This document shows positions 27,491 to 36,743 of a stretch of DNA of 48,278 nucleotides, piece after piece (the first letter of the stretch is position 1; each line of letters opens with the position of its first letter). This DNA is from Candidatus Sungiibacteriota bacterium. Lineage in GTDB: Bacteria > Patescibacteriota > Minisyncoccia > Sungbacterales > SURF-37. Under the pieces are notes generated by a model, which worked only from the letters and a program-made list of their open reading frames with translations, was not told the origin of the DNA and searched no databases. The position numbers were made by a program, and so were the translations under genes. The stretch is from assembly GCA_016186145.1 (NCBI GenBank), contig JACPMF010000007.1, positions 85,302 through 133,579 of the forward strand, in the 5' to 3' direction.

Positions 27491-28219
27491 TTATTCATCA
27501 TTCATGTTCGTAAACACTTCCTGTATGTCGTCGTGTTCGTCGAGTTGCTCTTCAAGTTTTTCAAGTTTTGCCTTCGCTTCCGGCGGAACAGAGATTGGGT
27601 TTTGGGGCACATAGTCGATGTGCGGCTCCCCAGCCGGTATTTTCTTTTCAGCAAGCCGCGCTTTGAACGTATCAAGGGCTGCCGGATCAACATACGCCGT
27701 GTATCCTTCGGCGAACTCACGGACATCTTCTGCGCCGGCCTCAATGAGTTTTAGCACAAAGTCATCTAAGGGCCGCGCGATTGTTTCCTTTGGGAAGTCA
27801 ACTGCACCGGTTTTTTTAAACATCCAGCTTACACTACCTTCTGCGGCGAGCTTCCCGTCGTTTTCGGAAAGGAGATGTTTTATCTCGTTCGTGGTCCTGT
27901 TTCTGCTGTCGGTAACGCCGAAAATTAAAAGCGCAGTGCCTTCCGGGCCATAGGCCTCGTAACGCACTTCTTCAAGGTTTTCCTTGGCTCCTGCTCCCGC
28001 GGCTCGTTCTATGGCCCTCGTTACGTTTTCTTTCGGCATTCCTGCGGACCGCGCCGTCTCCACTGCCATGCGGAGCTTTGGGTTCATTGCCGGGTCCGCC
28101 CCTTTTTCTTTTGCGGCAATGCTGATGAGCCGCGCCATTTTCGAGAAAATCTTTCCTTTTTTGGCGTCGGTAAGGGCTTTTTTGTGTTTTATCTGTGCCC
28201 ATTTTGAGTGTCCGCTCAT
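27491..28219 (-). CDS. YebC/PmpR-family transcriptional regulator
   Basis: ATG at 28219. MSGHSKWAQIKHKKALTDAKKGKIFSK... is the family hallmark. Confidence 0.9.
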   Translation of the reverse strand: MSGHSKWAQIKHKKALTDAKKGKIFSKMARLISIAAKEKGADPAMNPKLRMAVETARSAGMPKENVTRAIERAAGAGAKENLEEVRYEAYGPEGTALLIFGVTDSRNRTTNEIKHLLSENDGKLAAEGSVSWMFKKTGAVDFPKETIARPLDDFVLKLIEAGAEDVREFAEGYTAYVDPAALDTFKARLAEKKIPAGEPHIDYVPQNPISVPPEAKAKLEKLEEQLDEHDDIQEVFTNMNDE

Positions 28220-28261
28220 GTTACATAACCTACAACTTATATCAGTATATCGCAATTTTTC

Positions 28262-28290
28262 TTGACTTTTTTCTTTCTATGGTGTATAAT
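28262..28290 (+). promoter_or_regulatory. Near-consensus sigma-70-type promoter facing the high-GC ORF
   Basis: TTGACT (28262-28267), 17 nt, TATAAT (28285-28290). AGGAGG at 28342-28347 lies 8 nt before the ATG at 28356. Confidence 0.6.
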
Positions 28291-28355
28291 CAAAGCATCT
28301 TTGAAAACTGAAGAATTCGTTACCCCGAACCCCCAACCAACAGGAGGAACGAGAG

Positions 28356-28994
28356 ATGCAGAAAAAGAGCTGGACGGACCGATTCGTCGACATCACCCCA
28401 CGGATGGCGGCTCAGGCCGCCTTCGTCTTCATCGGTGAGAACGCCGAGAAGACGCGGCAAATCAAGTGGCCGGCAACCCATGTGCACCACGAGGAGCCGC
28501 GCATGCGCGGCGACAAGCGGCTGGACGCGACCACGAAGGTCTACCTTTTCGGGATGACGGACATCGAGTCCGTCATGGCGAGCTTCCGGTTCGCCGACCT
28601 CGCGGCTCAGATGATCCAACTCGGCGCCGTGGAGGCGTACGTCGAGTGGACCTTCATGCGGCGGAATGCCCGCGCGGTTTGCGCCCGGGCGTCCGAGGAC
28701 GCGGTCTGGGGATTCGGCCGTCCGCACCCGCGGAAGCCGAACTTCAAGCCGCATGCTGACCTCGCGGGCCCGCTGGTCGACTACCGGCCGAGCATGAAGG
28801 AAGGGTGGGTTTTCGAGCCCGTGGTCATGAAGGTGCTCCCGTCATTCGGCGAGGAGTACGCGATGGTGCTCGCGTCGGAATGGAGCGCCGATCAGGTGGC
28901 CATGGTCGCGAGCGACGCGACGGAACTCCCGCCGCACCTCGCGGAGTACCGGTTCAGCGGGACCGGTGGTGCCGCAGAGTCTCCGTCAGAGTAA
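28356..28994 (+). CDS. Orphan 212-aa soluble protein in a high-GC compositional island; no family recognised
   Basis: Strong SD. G/C-ending codons dominate. Stop-poor in other frames (shadow ORFs on both strands). Hairpins follow downstream. Confidence 0.7.
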   Translation: MQKKSWTDRFVDITPRMAAQAAFVFIGENAEKTRQIKWPATHVHHEEPRMRGDKRLDATTKVYLFGMTDIESVMASFRFADLAAQMIQLGAVEAYVEWTFMRRNARAVCARASEDAVWGFGRPHPRKPNFKPHADLAGPLVDYRPSMKEGWVFEPVVMKVLPSFGEEYAMVLASEWSADQVAMVASDATELPPHLAEYRFSGTGGAAESPSE

Positions 28995-29042
28995 CGACGG
29001 AGAGGCAAGAGTGGCCTTGCCAGTAATCTAGTGTTAATGAAG

Positions 29043-29063
29043 CCCGGTGTCACTACCGGGTTT
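29043..29063 (+). terminator. Hairpin + TTT after the high-GC ORF
   Basis: CCCGGT-GTCACT-ACCGGG-TTT. Confidence 0.5.
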
Positions 29064-29080
29064 AGTCATTTACGGCGGGG

Positions 29081-30610
29081 TTAGTTTTCTTGTCGGCTCC
29101 GATATTGCAGCGCTTCCAACATATGATTTTCTTTAATGCTTTCCGACTCTGCAAGGTCGGCAATGGTACGCGCAACTTTGATTGTTCGGTAATATGAGCG
29201 CGGAGACATCGAGTGTTTTTCATACGCTTCGAGGAGGAGCGCTTTGACACTTTCCGTAAGCGGGCAGTGTTTTTTTATTTCCCGAAGTCCCATTTCCGAA
29301 TTCGTAAAGATTTTTTGGCCGATGAATCTCTCTTTCTCTATTCTTCGCGCCCGCTCGACATTTTTGCGGGCCTCGGCAACAGCGGTATTGTCGGCTTCGT
29401 CAGGCGTTTCTTCGTCAATCTTTTTTATTTCAACCTTTGGAACATCAATAAAAAGGTCAATCCGGTCAAGAAGGGGCCCGGAAATTTTTCTTTGATATTT
29501 TGTGATTTGACCGGGCGTACAGACGCATTCATGCGGCGGGTTGTTTAGGTGCCCGCACGGGCATGGGTTCATTGCCGCAACAAGGATAACATGCGCTGGA
29601 AAAGCAACGGTTCCTTGCGCCCGCGAGACCGTGATGACGCGGTCTTCCATGGGTTCACGGAGTGAATTCAATACATACGATTGAAATTCCGGCAGTTCGT
29701 CAAGAAAAAGAACTCCGCGGTGCGCGAGAGTTATCTCGCCCGGCCTGATCGGGTTTCCCCCGCCGGCAATGGCGACCTGCGAGGAGGTGTGGTGCGGCGA
29801 GCGAAAGGGGCGTTCGGTGTTCACTTCCCCGTTTTTTAAAAATCCTCCGGCGCTATAAATTTTTGCAACTTCAATCAATTCTTCTTCCGCAAGCTCCGGA
29901 AGAATAGACGGTAATGTCCGCGCAAGAATTGTTTTTCCTGTTCCCGGCGGACCCTGCATAAGGAGATTGTGGCCGCCGGCCGCGGTGATTTCTAAGGCGC
30001 GTTTTGCGTGCCCTTGTCCTTTTATAAGGGAGAAATCGGATCGGTTGTCCTTTTCCGCCTTTTCCGTTTTTTCCGCAAGATATGCGGCAATCGTTTTTTT
30101 GTTTTCGAGGTCATCGAGCAGTTCAAGGATATTTTTAGTTTCTTTTATCTCAATGCCGGAGACGAGGGAGGCTTCACTTCCGTTTCCTTCCGGCACGTAG
30201 AGTGTTGCAAAGCCGGCATTTTTCGCCGCGATTGCCGCGGCAAGCACTCCACGGACCGGTTTTACCGATCCGTCGAGTCCCAGTTCTCCTAAGAATATTT
30301 TCTTTTCCGGATTAAATTTTGTTTGGTCAGATGCGAGAAGGTACCCGAGCGCGATCGGCAAATCAAACGCCGGCCCCTCTTTTTTGATGTCGGCCGGCGC
30401 AAGGTTTACGATAACGCGATGCGGTTTTTTGTGCGGAGCTCTCCCGCCGATGTTTTTTATTGCCGCCCCGATGCGCTCCCGCGACTCCTGGATTTCTTTA
30501 TCGGCAAGCCCCACGATGGAAAAAATGTGAAGACCCGGAGAGAGGTCAACTTCAACCGTTATGATTGTCGCATCAAGCCCCGTAAGTTGTGCTGAATAGA
30601 GTTTCACCAT
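29081..30610 (-). CDS. comM: ComM/YifB Mg-chelatase-like AAA+ ATPase
   Basis: ATG at 30610 (MVKLYSAQL...). Lon-like N-terminal domain, Walker A GPPGTGKT and a ChlI-like C-terminus. Confidence 0.85.
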   Translation of the reverse strand: MVKLYSAQLTGLDATIITVEVDLSPGLHIFSIVGLADKEIQESRERIGAAIKNIGGRAPHKKPHRVIVNLAPADIKKEGPAFDLPIALGYLLASDQTKFNPEKKIFLGELGLDGSVKPVRGVLAAAIAAKNAGFATLYVPEGNGSEASLVSGIEIKETKNILELLDDLENKKTIAAYLAEKTEKAEKDNRSDFSLIKGQGHAKRALEITAAGGHNLLMQGPPGTGKTILARTLPSILPELAEEELIEVAKIYSAGGFLKNGEVNTERPFRSPHHTSSQVAIAGGGNPIRPGEITLAHRGVLFLDELPEFQSYVLNSLREPMEDRVITVSRAQGTVAFPAHVILVAAMNPCPCGHLNNPPHECVCTPGQITKYQRKISGPLLDRIDLFIDVPKVEIKKIDEETPDEADNTAVAEARKNVERARRIEKERFIGQKIFTNSEMGLREIKKHCPLTESVKALLLEAYEKHSMSPRSYYRTIKVARTIADLAESESIKENHMLEALQYRSRQEN

Positions 30611-30714
30611 GAGCATATTCGTAGCAAACAAAGGTTAGGTCTGTCAAAACTTAACTCCGCAGCATATAATTAAACCGAAAAGGTCGAACTTGTTATTAAC
30701 GAGATCGTCGCAAT

Positions 30715-31008
30715 ATGCAAAGAAAAAAAATTAAAAAACTCCCTGCGCTGATGACCCACGCTGAATCTTTGAAGCTTTTCAATGAGATCGTCGCAATGCG
30801 ATTAAAGGGATTATCGGCACGTCAAAAGCAAAGTTGGTGGGACTGCTTTGTAGAATGTCTTGGCGTAGAGAATGAGGCAGTTAAGAATTGTATTGCCGGA
30901 TGTACAGCCCTTTGTATTGCAAAGCCCCCGGTGTGCGGAGGTTGTATCATCGCGTGCGGCGGAGTGGCTTGGTACAAAATTTTTAAGTGCTTGTGGAAAT
31001 GCTCATAG
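30715..31008 (+). CDS. Small Cys-rich protein/peptide (12 Cys in the last 55 aa)
   Basis: 97-aa ORF with a basic helical N-terminal half, then ...WWDCFVECLG...NCIAGCTALCIAKPPVCGGCIIACGG...KCLWKCS. Has its own terminator. Confidence 0.55.
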   Translation: MQRKKIKKLPALMTHAESLKLFNEIVAMRLKGLSARQKQSWWDCFVECLGVENEAVKNCIAGCTALCIAKPPVCGGCIIACGGVAWYKIFKCLWKCS

Positions 31009-31037
31009 CTGTAAAAGTGTGTGCTTAGCGAAAAAAT

Positions 31038-31063
31038 AACCTCATTGGATGAGGTTGTTTTTT
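31038..31063 (+). terminator. Rho-independent terminator
   Basis: AACCTCAT-TGG-ATGAGGTT followed by GTTTTTT. Confidence 0.75.
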
Positions 31064-31372
31064 AAAGGTGCTTTCAAGGTTATTAGCATCGCGGTTGGGC
31101 TTTACTTAAAAGGTAAGCCAAAATCAAAACAGCATCTCTTAAAAAGAGCGCCGTTAATTACAACACTAGAACTAGAGCGTGTCTAAATCGCTATCAGGGA
31201 AGTTAAGTAATAAAAATTCTATATTTTCTGTTTTTTCTTCCGGAAAAATTTTTTCCAGCGTTTCCGGCGCTATTTTTATTAAACCTTCTGTTGATTTCAA
31301 AAGGAGTTGTTTTTTGATTTCCGGGTCGAAATACTGTTCCGGTCCGCCCGACGGTTTTCCATCCGCGAGCCA

Positions 31373-32545
31373 TTACTTATAGTAAGTGAGGATCTCGCGC
31401 ATAGGAACATAAACAAATTTGGTATCGTCAACTGGTTGTCGTGTCACGCTGCTTCTTTCTCTAATTTCCTCGCGCATTGCTTCAAAATCCTTCCTTTTTT
31501 TAGCACGTGGTTTTCTCGCAATATTGATTGTTAGTTGAATTCCAATCCGCTTTCTTTTGTTATCCTCGTAATCTTTTACCGACATGCCGTTATCAGCTAC
31601 CGCAACCCCCCTGAGCCATCTTTTTTTCCTCAATTTAAAATCATATTTAAGTTCTACGTCTTCAAACGCAGTTGATCTTTCTACACCAAAACCTACACTC
31701 GGGTGGTTAAAAGATATCCTTGTTAAGAGTTCGCGGCATGCTCGCTCAGACACTATCCCGCGAACGTTACCATGTTGCATTTCGCTCAACAACAAAACCT
31801 CAAGGTCTTTTTCTCCAACTCGTGAACCTACTGCCGAAATTCCTTGCGTTGCAAAGAGCTCCTCATCGTACAGTTTTTCAACGTCACGGCGCGCTTCATT
31901 TATTAAAATTCGCTTTGCGATAGCGCGAAAAACAGAATACGGCATTTCACCATCAGGGGTATATGTTATACCCCACGCGTAGTCTGAAACAACATCTCCG
32001 ATCCCGAGTACTCTTTTTTGCCCGCTATTATCAATGACGTAGAAGCTCTTTTTGTCGTCGTCATAAAATAAAGTTTGCCTTTCCTCCGAGTTAAATTCTT
32101 CTATTTGTTTTTCTTCGTCTAGTGCCCGAAGCGACCGAGAAAGTTGTTTAACGCGGTTTTTCTTTTTCGCCGTGTATTCTATCTTTCCCAAAAGACGCTT
32201 TTTCTCTTTAACCCGCACCTTCTCTCCACCTCCTATTCTTTGTCTGGGTCGCCTCTCAAAAGAAACTCCGAACCTTTCTTTCCACCATACGTTTCGTGCC
32301 TTATCGAAAAAGGACTGTTCTTCAGAAGTTAGGTCTCGCTCGTGAAGTATGATTGCCATCAAAACCCTCTGCATCCGTTCCGGTAGTTCGTCTTTTGCAT
32401 CCAACATAATTTCTAAATAGCCGCGCTGGGTTTCTGCGGCGGTTTCTAACCCAGATTCTTTTTCTACAATTTTTTCTTCTGGCTCCGTAGACGGAGTTTC
32501 TGTCTGCGGAACATTTTCAATTTTTGGCCCACCTTTTATCTCCAT
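31373..32545 (-). CDS. Hypothetical protein (possible PD-(D/E)xK-like motif near the C-terminus)
   Basis: 390-aa ORF with no recognised family. ...FEDVELKYDFK... is only weakly suggestive of a nuclease fold. Confidence 0.5.
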   Translation of the reverse strand: MEIKGGPKIENVPQTETPSTEPEEKIVEKESGLETAAETQRGYLEIMLDAKDELPERMQRVLMAIILHERDLTSEEQSFFDKARNVWWKERFGVSFERRPRQRIGGGEKVRVKEKKRLLGKIEYTAKKKNRVKQLSRSLRALDEEKQIEEFNSEERQTLFYDDDKKSFYVIDNSGQKRVLGIGDVVSDYAWGITYTPDGEMPYSVFRAIAKRILINEARRDVEKLYDEELFATQGISAVGSRVGEKDLEVLLLSEMQHGNVRGIVSERACRELLTRISFNHPSVGFGVERSTAFEDVELKYDFKLRKKRWLRGVAVADNGMSVKDYEDNKRKRIGIQLTINIARKPRAKKRKDFEAMREEIRERSSVTRQPVDDTKFVYVPMREILTYYK

Positions 32546-32764
32546 TTTGTTGAAATTTTCTACGTTCCTATTATATCACGTTGGTAATAATCGGTATTGT
32601 TCTCTGGCGGAGCATTGACAAAAATTTTTCATTGCGGAGGTATAGCAACAAACCAACGAGCGAACAAAACAAAATAACGAAAATTCGCTTACTTCGAATT
32701 TCCGTTAATCATTTTGTGCGGTTCGCGAGAAAGGTTTGTCTATGCCGCAGCTGAAAAATTTTTG

Positions 32765-33148
32765 TTAATGCGAAGCGTGTTCTATGTCAGCCAGCGCCGC
32801 CGGATTTGCCTGAAGCCGCTCAAAAGGGATTTCGCCGCTGCACTTTGCGCAAACCCCATAAATGCCCTTTTCCATTCGTTCAAGAGCTTCATTTACTTCT
32901 TTAAGGCGGTCCTCCAACGCAAACTCTTCGGAAAGCTCTGCTCCGTATTCTTCGATTTCGTCCTGCCGTTCTTCAAGGGCGCCCGAAGAAAAGCTCGATT
33001 TTTCTCCCATTGACGGAAAACGGGCGTCCCAGTCCCCTTTCATTTTTGGATCTTTGGTTGCAAAGGACGCAAGCAATTTCTCCAAGTTTTGTTTTTCCGC
33101 GAGGAGTTTATTTTTCAGTTCGGATAAAATTTTTGGGTCAAGAGCCAT
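32765..33148 (-). CDS. DksA/TraR-family protein with degenerate zinc finger
   Basis: Coiled-coil N-terminus. ...YGVCAKCSGEIPFERLQANPAA... has only the first CxxC pair. Confidence 0.65.
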   Translation of the reverse strand: MALDPKILSELKNKLLAEKQNLEKLLASFATKDPKMKGDWDARFPSMGEKSSFSSGALEERQDEIEEYGAELSEEFALEDRLKEVNEALERMEKGIYGVCAKCSGEIPFERLQANPAALADIEHASH

Positions 33149-33334
33149 GCGAATTTTATTTATGAGCCTTAGCGAATAACTATAAAATTCAGCACCCTGT
33201 TAAATAATTTCGCTGAAGGCGAAATTCCTCTGCCCAAAAAATCATAGATTTATTGGGCAGAGGATTTAACAGGGTAAAGGTTTTGTAACCAAAATTTGTT
33301 CGACATTTCTCCAAATTTTGGACAAAGCCCTTTA
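33149..33334 (-). repeat. Family-A structured intergenic cassette, copy B
   Basis: Runs from the upstream stop (33332-33334) to the downstream ATG (33148). CCCTGTTAAAT at 33195-33205 and ATTTAACAGGG at 33264-33274. Carries the shared leader. Confidence 0.85.
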
Positions 33335-34225
33335 CCGTGCTTCAAATAATCTATTAATTGTTACCTCCAACGCCTCTTCCGAGGTTGTTATCACCAAATA
33401 GCTTCTTGCCGGAAAAATGAAATAGCCGATCCCAACGTCTTGTTTTAAAGAGAGAAACCGATAATCGACATTCTTAAGTGTTTTGTCGACAAACGGGGCA
33501 ATGATCGGTTCCAAGGTTTCTTCCAGAAGGAAAGCCTCAAGGTCTCGCTGAAGGGAGTTTTCTCGACCGAGCATTCCTGTAAAAGTGCGCGCGGTGTCGC
33601 GACTTGCGGTAATGAAGACCGTTTTCGGCCCGCTTGCTCCGTAGTAGATATAGAAAAAAAATTCATTCGAGAGGGAACTCCAAGTTTCTTGCAGATTTGT
33701 GTTGAGGATGCTGAGGAAGTTCTGCGTAGTAGCGGGCTGCCTTATTTCTCCGGCGCCTTTTATTTTGAAGTAAAGCCGTTTGAAAGAGCCCGTGCGTTCT
33801 CGCGCCGCCGCAGCCGAAGAAAGGGCTTGTCGTAATTGGGTAAGGTTGCCTGCAATCTCCAGTGCCTGTGTTTTTTCAACAGAGATGGGAGATGTTGGAA
33901 TTTTTTCTTCCGCCGGTTGCGCGGGTGTTGTTGCTGGGGTGAGGGATTGGTAAACAAACCATCCGCCGATTGCAACAAATAATAGCGCCGCGACAGAAAT
34001 AGCTATTACGGCAAGGGGTGGGATTCGCGGTTTTCGTTCGGCGGTTTCCGGAAGGGCCCCTTGCTGTTTTGTCATGATGTCAAGGAGGGAGGTTTTTCCT
34101 CCTTTCATGTATTCTGCGATGTCGGACTTCATGGTCCGTATTTTTGCCTCTTGTCGCGATGTTCCTGTTACCGCAGCATTTTTTGATTCGTCCTCGGGAC
34201 GATTTTGTTGTTCTGGGGTTGGCAT
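33332..34225 (-). CDS. Membrane-anchored hypothetical protein
   Basis: 297-aa ORF with one TM segment (PPLAVIAISVAALLFVAIGGWFVY). Confidence 0.55.
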   Translation of the reverse strand: MPTPEQQNRPEDESKNAAVTGTSRQEAKIRTMKSDIAEYMKGGKTSLLDIMTKQQGALPETAERKPRIPPLAVIAISVAALLFVAIGGWFVYQSLTPATTPAQPAEEKIPTSPISVEKTQALEIAGNLTQLRQALSSAAAARERTGSFKRLYFKIKGAGEIRQPATTQNFLSILNTNLQETWSSLSNEFFFYIYYGASGPKTVFITASRDTARTFTGMLGRENSLQRDLEAFLLEETLEPIIAPFVDKTLKNVDYRFLSLKQDVGIGYFIFPARSYLVITTSEEALEVTINRLFEAR

Positions 34226-34381
34226 TTTTATTTTAGCTACAATACCTCGCGGCTTGCCGCGCGGATAAAATAGAGTAGAAGCTAAAATATCCTGAGCGAA
34301 GTCGAAGGATTACCACCTGATATTGATACCATGATGCTTGCATTGAGGGGGGGGGAAGATGAAATTATGAGCGTTTCTTTT

Positions 34382-36610
34382 CTAGCGCCGGTGATATCGT
34401 TCTGGACGATGCCCTGATCCGCGGCTCGGACCGCCGTCGTTACGGTGTTCAGGCCGCCCTCCGTCTGCGGCATGGCGCTCTATTTCCTCCGCGGTGTAGC
34501 GGTCGGGTACTCGTTTCAATGACAGGTTGACTCTGCCCTGTTCGTCTACGTCTTTAACGAGCACCGGGACGATGTCTCCCGGTTTTACTATATCAGACAC
34601 GCGTTCCACTCTCCACGGCGCAAGTTCGGATATATGGACCAGTCCTTCCTGGCGCGGGCCTATTTCCACCATTGCTCCGAATTCAAAGAGGCGTGTCACT
34701 TTTCCCTCTAAAAGCTCTCCCGGCCGTATTTCTCTGGTGATGTTTTTAATAAGACCAACGGCTTTGTCGAGGGCCTCTTTGCTGTCAGCGGTGACGAAAA
34801 CGCGTCCGTCGTCTTCAATGTCAATCTGGGCGCCTGTTTGAGCGATTATCTCATTTATGGTTTTGCCGCCCGGTCCAATGAGTGCGCCAATTTTTTCCGG
34901 GTTTATCTGAAGCGCGAGTATTCGCGGGGCGTATGGAGACAGTTCAGGCCGCGGGTGCGGCAATGTTTTTTCGAGCACATCGAGAACCTGTGTTCGTCCT
35001 TGCCGCGCCTGTTCGAGCGTCTTTTCCAGGATTTCCATATTTACCCCGTCTATTTTTACATCCATCTGAATTGCGGTTACCCCGTCTTTGGTGCCCGCTA
35101 CTTTAAGATCCATGTCGCCGTAGTGATCTTCCGGCCCTTGTATGTCAGTCAAAATCGCATACCGCTGTTGTTTGTTGTCTGTTATTGGATTTTGGTCAAT
35201 CATAAGCCCCATCGCTACCCCCGCGGCATGTTTTTTCAGCGGGACCCCCGCGTCCATCAGGGCAAGTATTGAGCCGCAAACGGATGCCATTGAGGACGAA
35301 CCGTTCGAGGAGAGGATTTCAGAGACGATACGCATGGTGTACGGGAATTCCTCTTCTTTTGGAATAAGCGGCGTGAGCGCGCGTTCGGCAAGGGCGCCGT
35401 GGCCGATCTCGCGTCTTCCCGGACCGCGCATCGGCTTTATTTCACCGACGGAATATGGCGGAAAGTTGTAGTGATGGATGAAACGTTTTTTCTTCCGTAC
35501 ATCCATGCCTTCGATAATGAGTTGATCACCCGGCGCGCCGAGAGTAAGGGTTGAAAGCGCTTGGGTTTCTCCGCGAATGAAAAGCCCGGAGCCATGGACT
35601 CTCGGCAATATTCCCGCGTCGGCCGAGAGAGGGCGGATTTCGTCAAGCCTTCTTCCGTCCGGCCGTTCTCCGTTCTCGATAATTCTTTTGTGGACGATCT
35701 TATCGATTTCTTCTTCCCAGAGATAGTTTATAGTATTTCCTGTGCCCTGCTCCGGGAAGTTCGTTTTTGCATGCTCGATCCATTTTTGTTTCAGTGCTTC
35801 GATTTTTGCGTTCCTGGCCGTCTTTTCTTTTTCCCAGAGCGCCTCTTCAAGCGGTTTCGAGAAAGCGCCGACAAGCGCATCAGCAAGCGGCCCGGTAGTA
35901 TCCATAAGTTTTACTGGCCGTTTTGCCGGCGAAACAAAAGAGATGACTTCTTTTTCGAAAGCTATTATTTTTTTGATTTCTTCGTGTCCGAGGGTTATCG
36001 CTTTCAGCACTTCTTGTTCGGGTTCTTCGGAGGCCCCCGCTTCGAGCATGTTTATTTTTGATTCGGTCCCGGATACCACAAGATCGAGCGTTGAGGCGGC
36101 TCGTTCTTCAAAGGTTGGGTTGATGACAAAGTTGCCGTTGACCTTTCCGACTCGAACTCCTGCAACCGGGCCGTCCCACGGGATGTTAGAAGTTGAAAGC
36201 GCAAGCGATGCGCCGATAAGCGCCGGAATATCCGAGTCGTTTTGGTCGTCGAAAGAAAGGACGGTTGCGATGACCTGTACCTCATTCCGCATTCTCAGGT
36301 CAAATCGCGGGCGGATTGTACGGTCAATAAGCCGTCCTGAAAGTACGGCCTCTTCCGAAGGGCGGGTTTCCCGTTTTACAAAGCGGCTCCCAAAAATTTT
36401 CCCGGCCGCATAGAATTTTTCTTCGTATTCAACGGTCAACGGAAAGAAATCCCCTCCTTCGCGGGGGTCTTTCGCCATCACGGCGGTTACCAGCACCATC
36501 GTGTCTCCTATGCGCGTAACAATGCTTCCTGCCGCTTGACCGGCAAGGTTAGTAAGTTCGGCGGATAGTGTTTTTCCGCCGACTTCAACAGAGAATTTTT
36601 TAGACTGCAT
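34382..36610 (-). CDS. pnp: Polynucleotide phosphorylase
   Basis: ATG at 36610 (MQSKKFSVEVGGK...). Two RNase PH domains, KH and S1 (GKVTRLFEFGAMVEI), and a basic Gly/Arg tail. Confidence 0.95.
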   Translation of the reverse strand: MQSKKFSVEVGGKTLSAELTNLAGQAAGSIVTRIGDTMVLVTAVMAKDPREGGDFFPLTVEYEEKFYAAGKIFGSRFVKRETRPSEEAVLSGRLIDRTIRPRFDLRMRNEVQVIATVLSFDDQNDSDIPALIGASLALSTSNIPWDGPVAGVRVGKVNGNFVINPTFEERAASTLDLVVSGTESKINMLEAGASEEPEQEVLKAITLGHEEIKKIIAFEKEVISFVSPAKRPVKLMDTTGPLADALVGAFSKPLEEALWEKEKTARNAKIEALKQKWIEHAKTNFPEQGTGNTINYLWEEEIDKIVHKRIIENGERPDGRRLDEIRPLSADAGILPRVHGSGLFIRGETQALSTLTLGAPGDQLIIEGMDVRKKKRFIHHYNFPPYSVGEIKPMRGPGRREIGHGALAERALTPLIPKEEEFPYTMRIVSEILSSNGSSSMASVCGSILALMDAGVPLKKHAAGVAMGLMIDQNPITDNKQQRYAILTDIQGPEDHYGDMDLKVAGTKDGVTAIQMDVKIDGVNMEILEKTLEQARQGRTQVLDVLEKTLPHPRPELSPYAPRILALQINPEKIGALIGPGGKTINEIIAQTGAQIDIEDDGRVFVTADSKEALDKAVGLIKNITREIRPGELLEGKVTRLFEFGAMVEIGPRQEGLVHISELAPWRVERVSDIVKPGDIVPVLVKDVDEQGRVNLSLKRVPDRYTAEEIERHAADGGRPEHRNDGGPSRGSGHRPERYHRR

Positions 36611-36645
36611 ACGACCTGAAAGCCGCGCGTCGTGCCAGAGCGGTT

Positions 36646-36694
36646 GAGTAATCGCGACCATTCACTAGCTGCTAGTGCGCAATCGTGATTACTC
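36646..36694 (-). promoter_or_regulatory. Long hairpin in the pnp 5' leader
   Basis: GAGTAATC...CACTAGC/GCTAGTG...GATTACTC: 8-bp and 7-bp stems around a 9x9 internal loop. Confidence 0.45.
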
Positions 36695-36743
36695 CGCAAA
36701 CTTTTTCGCTCCTGTCACTGCCGCGTGGCATTAAATTAATTTG

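Noticed and set aside
28313-28318. EcoRI (28313) and multiple BamHI (GGATCC at 564, 10899, 11405, 38997, 45875) sites as cloning scars or evidence of an engineered construct
   Set aside because: GGATCC is the centre of conserved natural palindromes (GCGGATCCGC, CGAGGATCCTCG) in several repeat families. Consensus TTGACA-17-TATAAT promoters also occur natively (9008-9036). A single GAATTC is expected by chance.
28320-29026. Extra ORFs in the high-GC island (28320-28754 minus, 28466-28759 plus, 28805-29026 plus)
   Set aside because: High GC removes stop codons in all frames. Only 28356-28994 has an SD, a sensible start and a non-repetitive product.
35742-36413. Long antisense ORFs inside pnp (35742-36413, 35561-36061) and rny (42212-43072, 42840-43325)
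   Set aside because: These are typical shadow ORFs opposite highly conserved, confidently identified genes. Their products are Ser/Phe/Arg-rich nonsense with no start signals.
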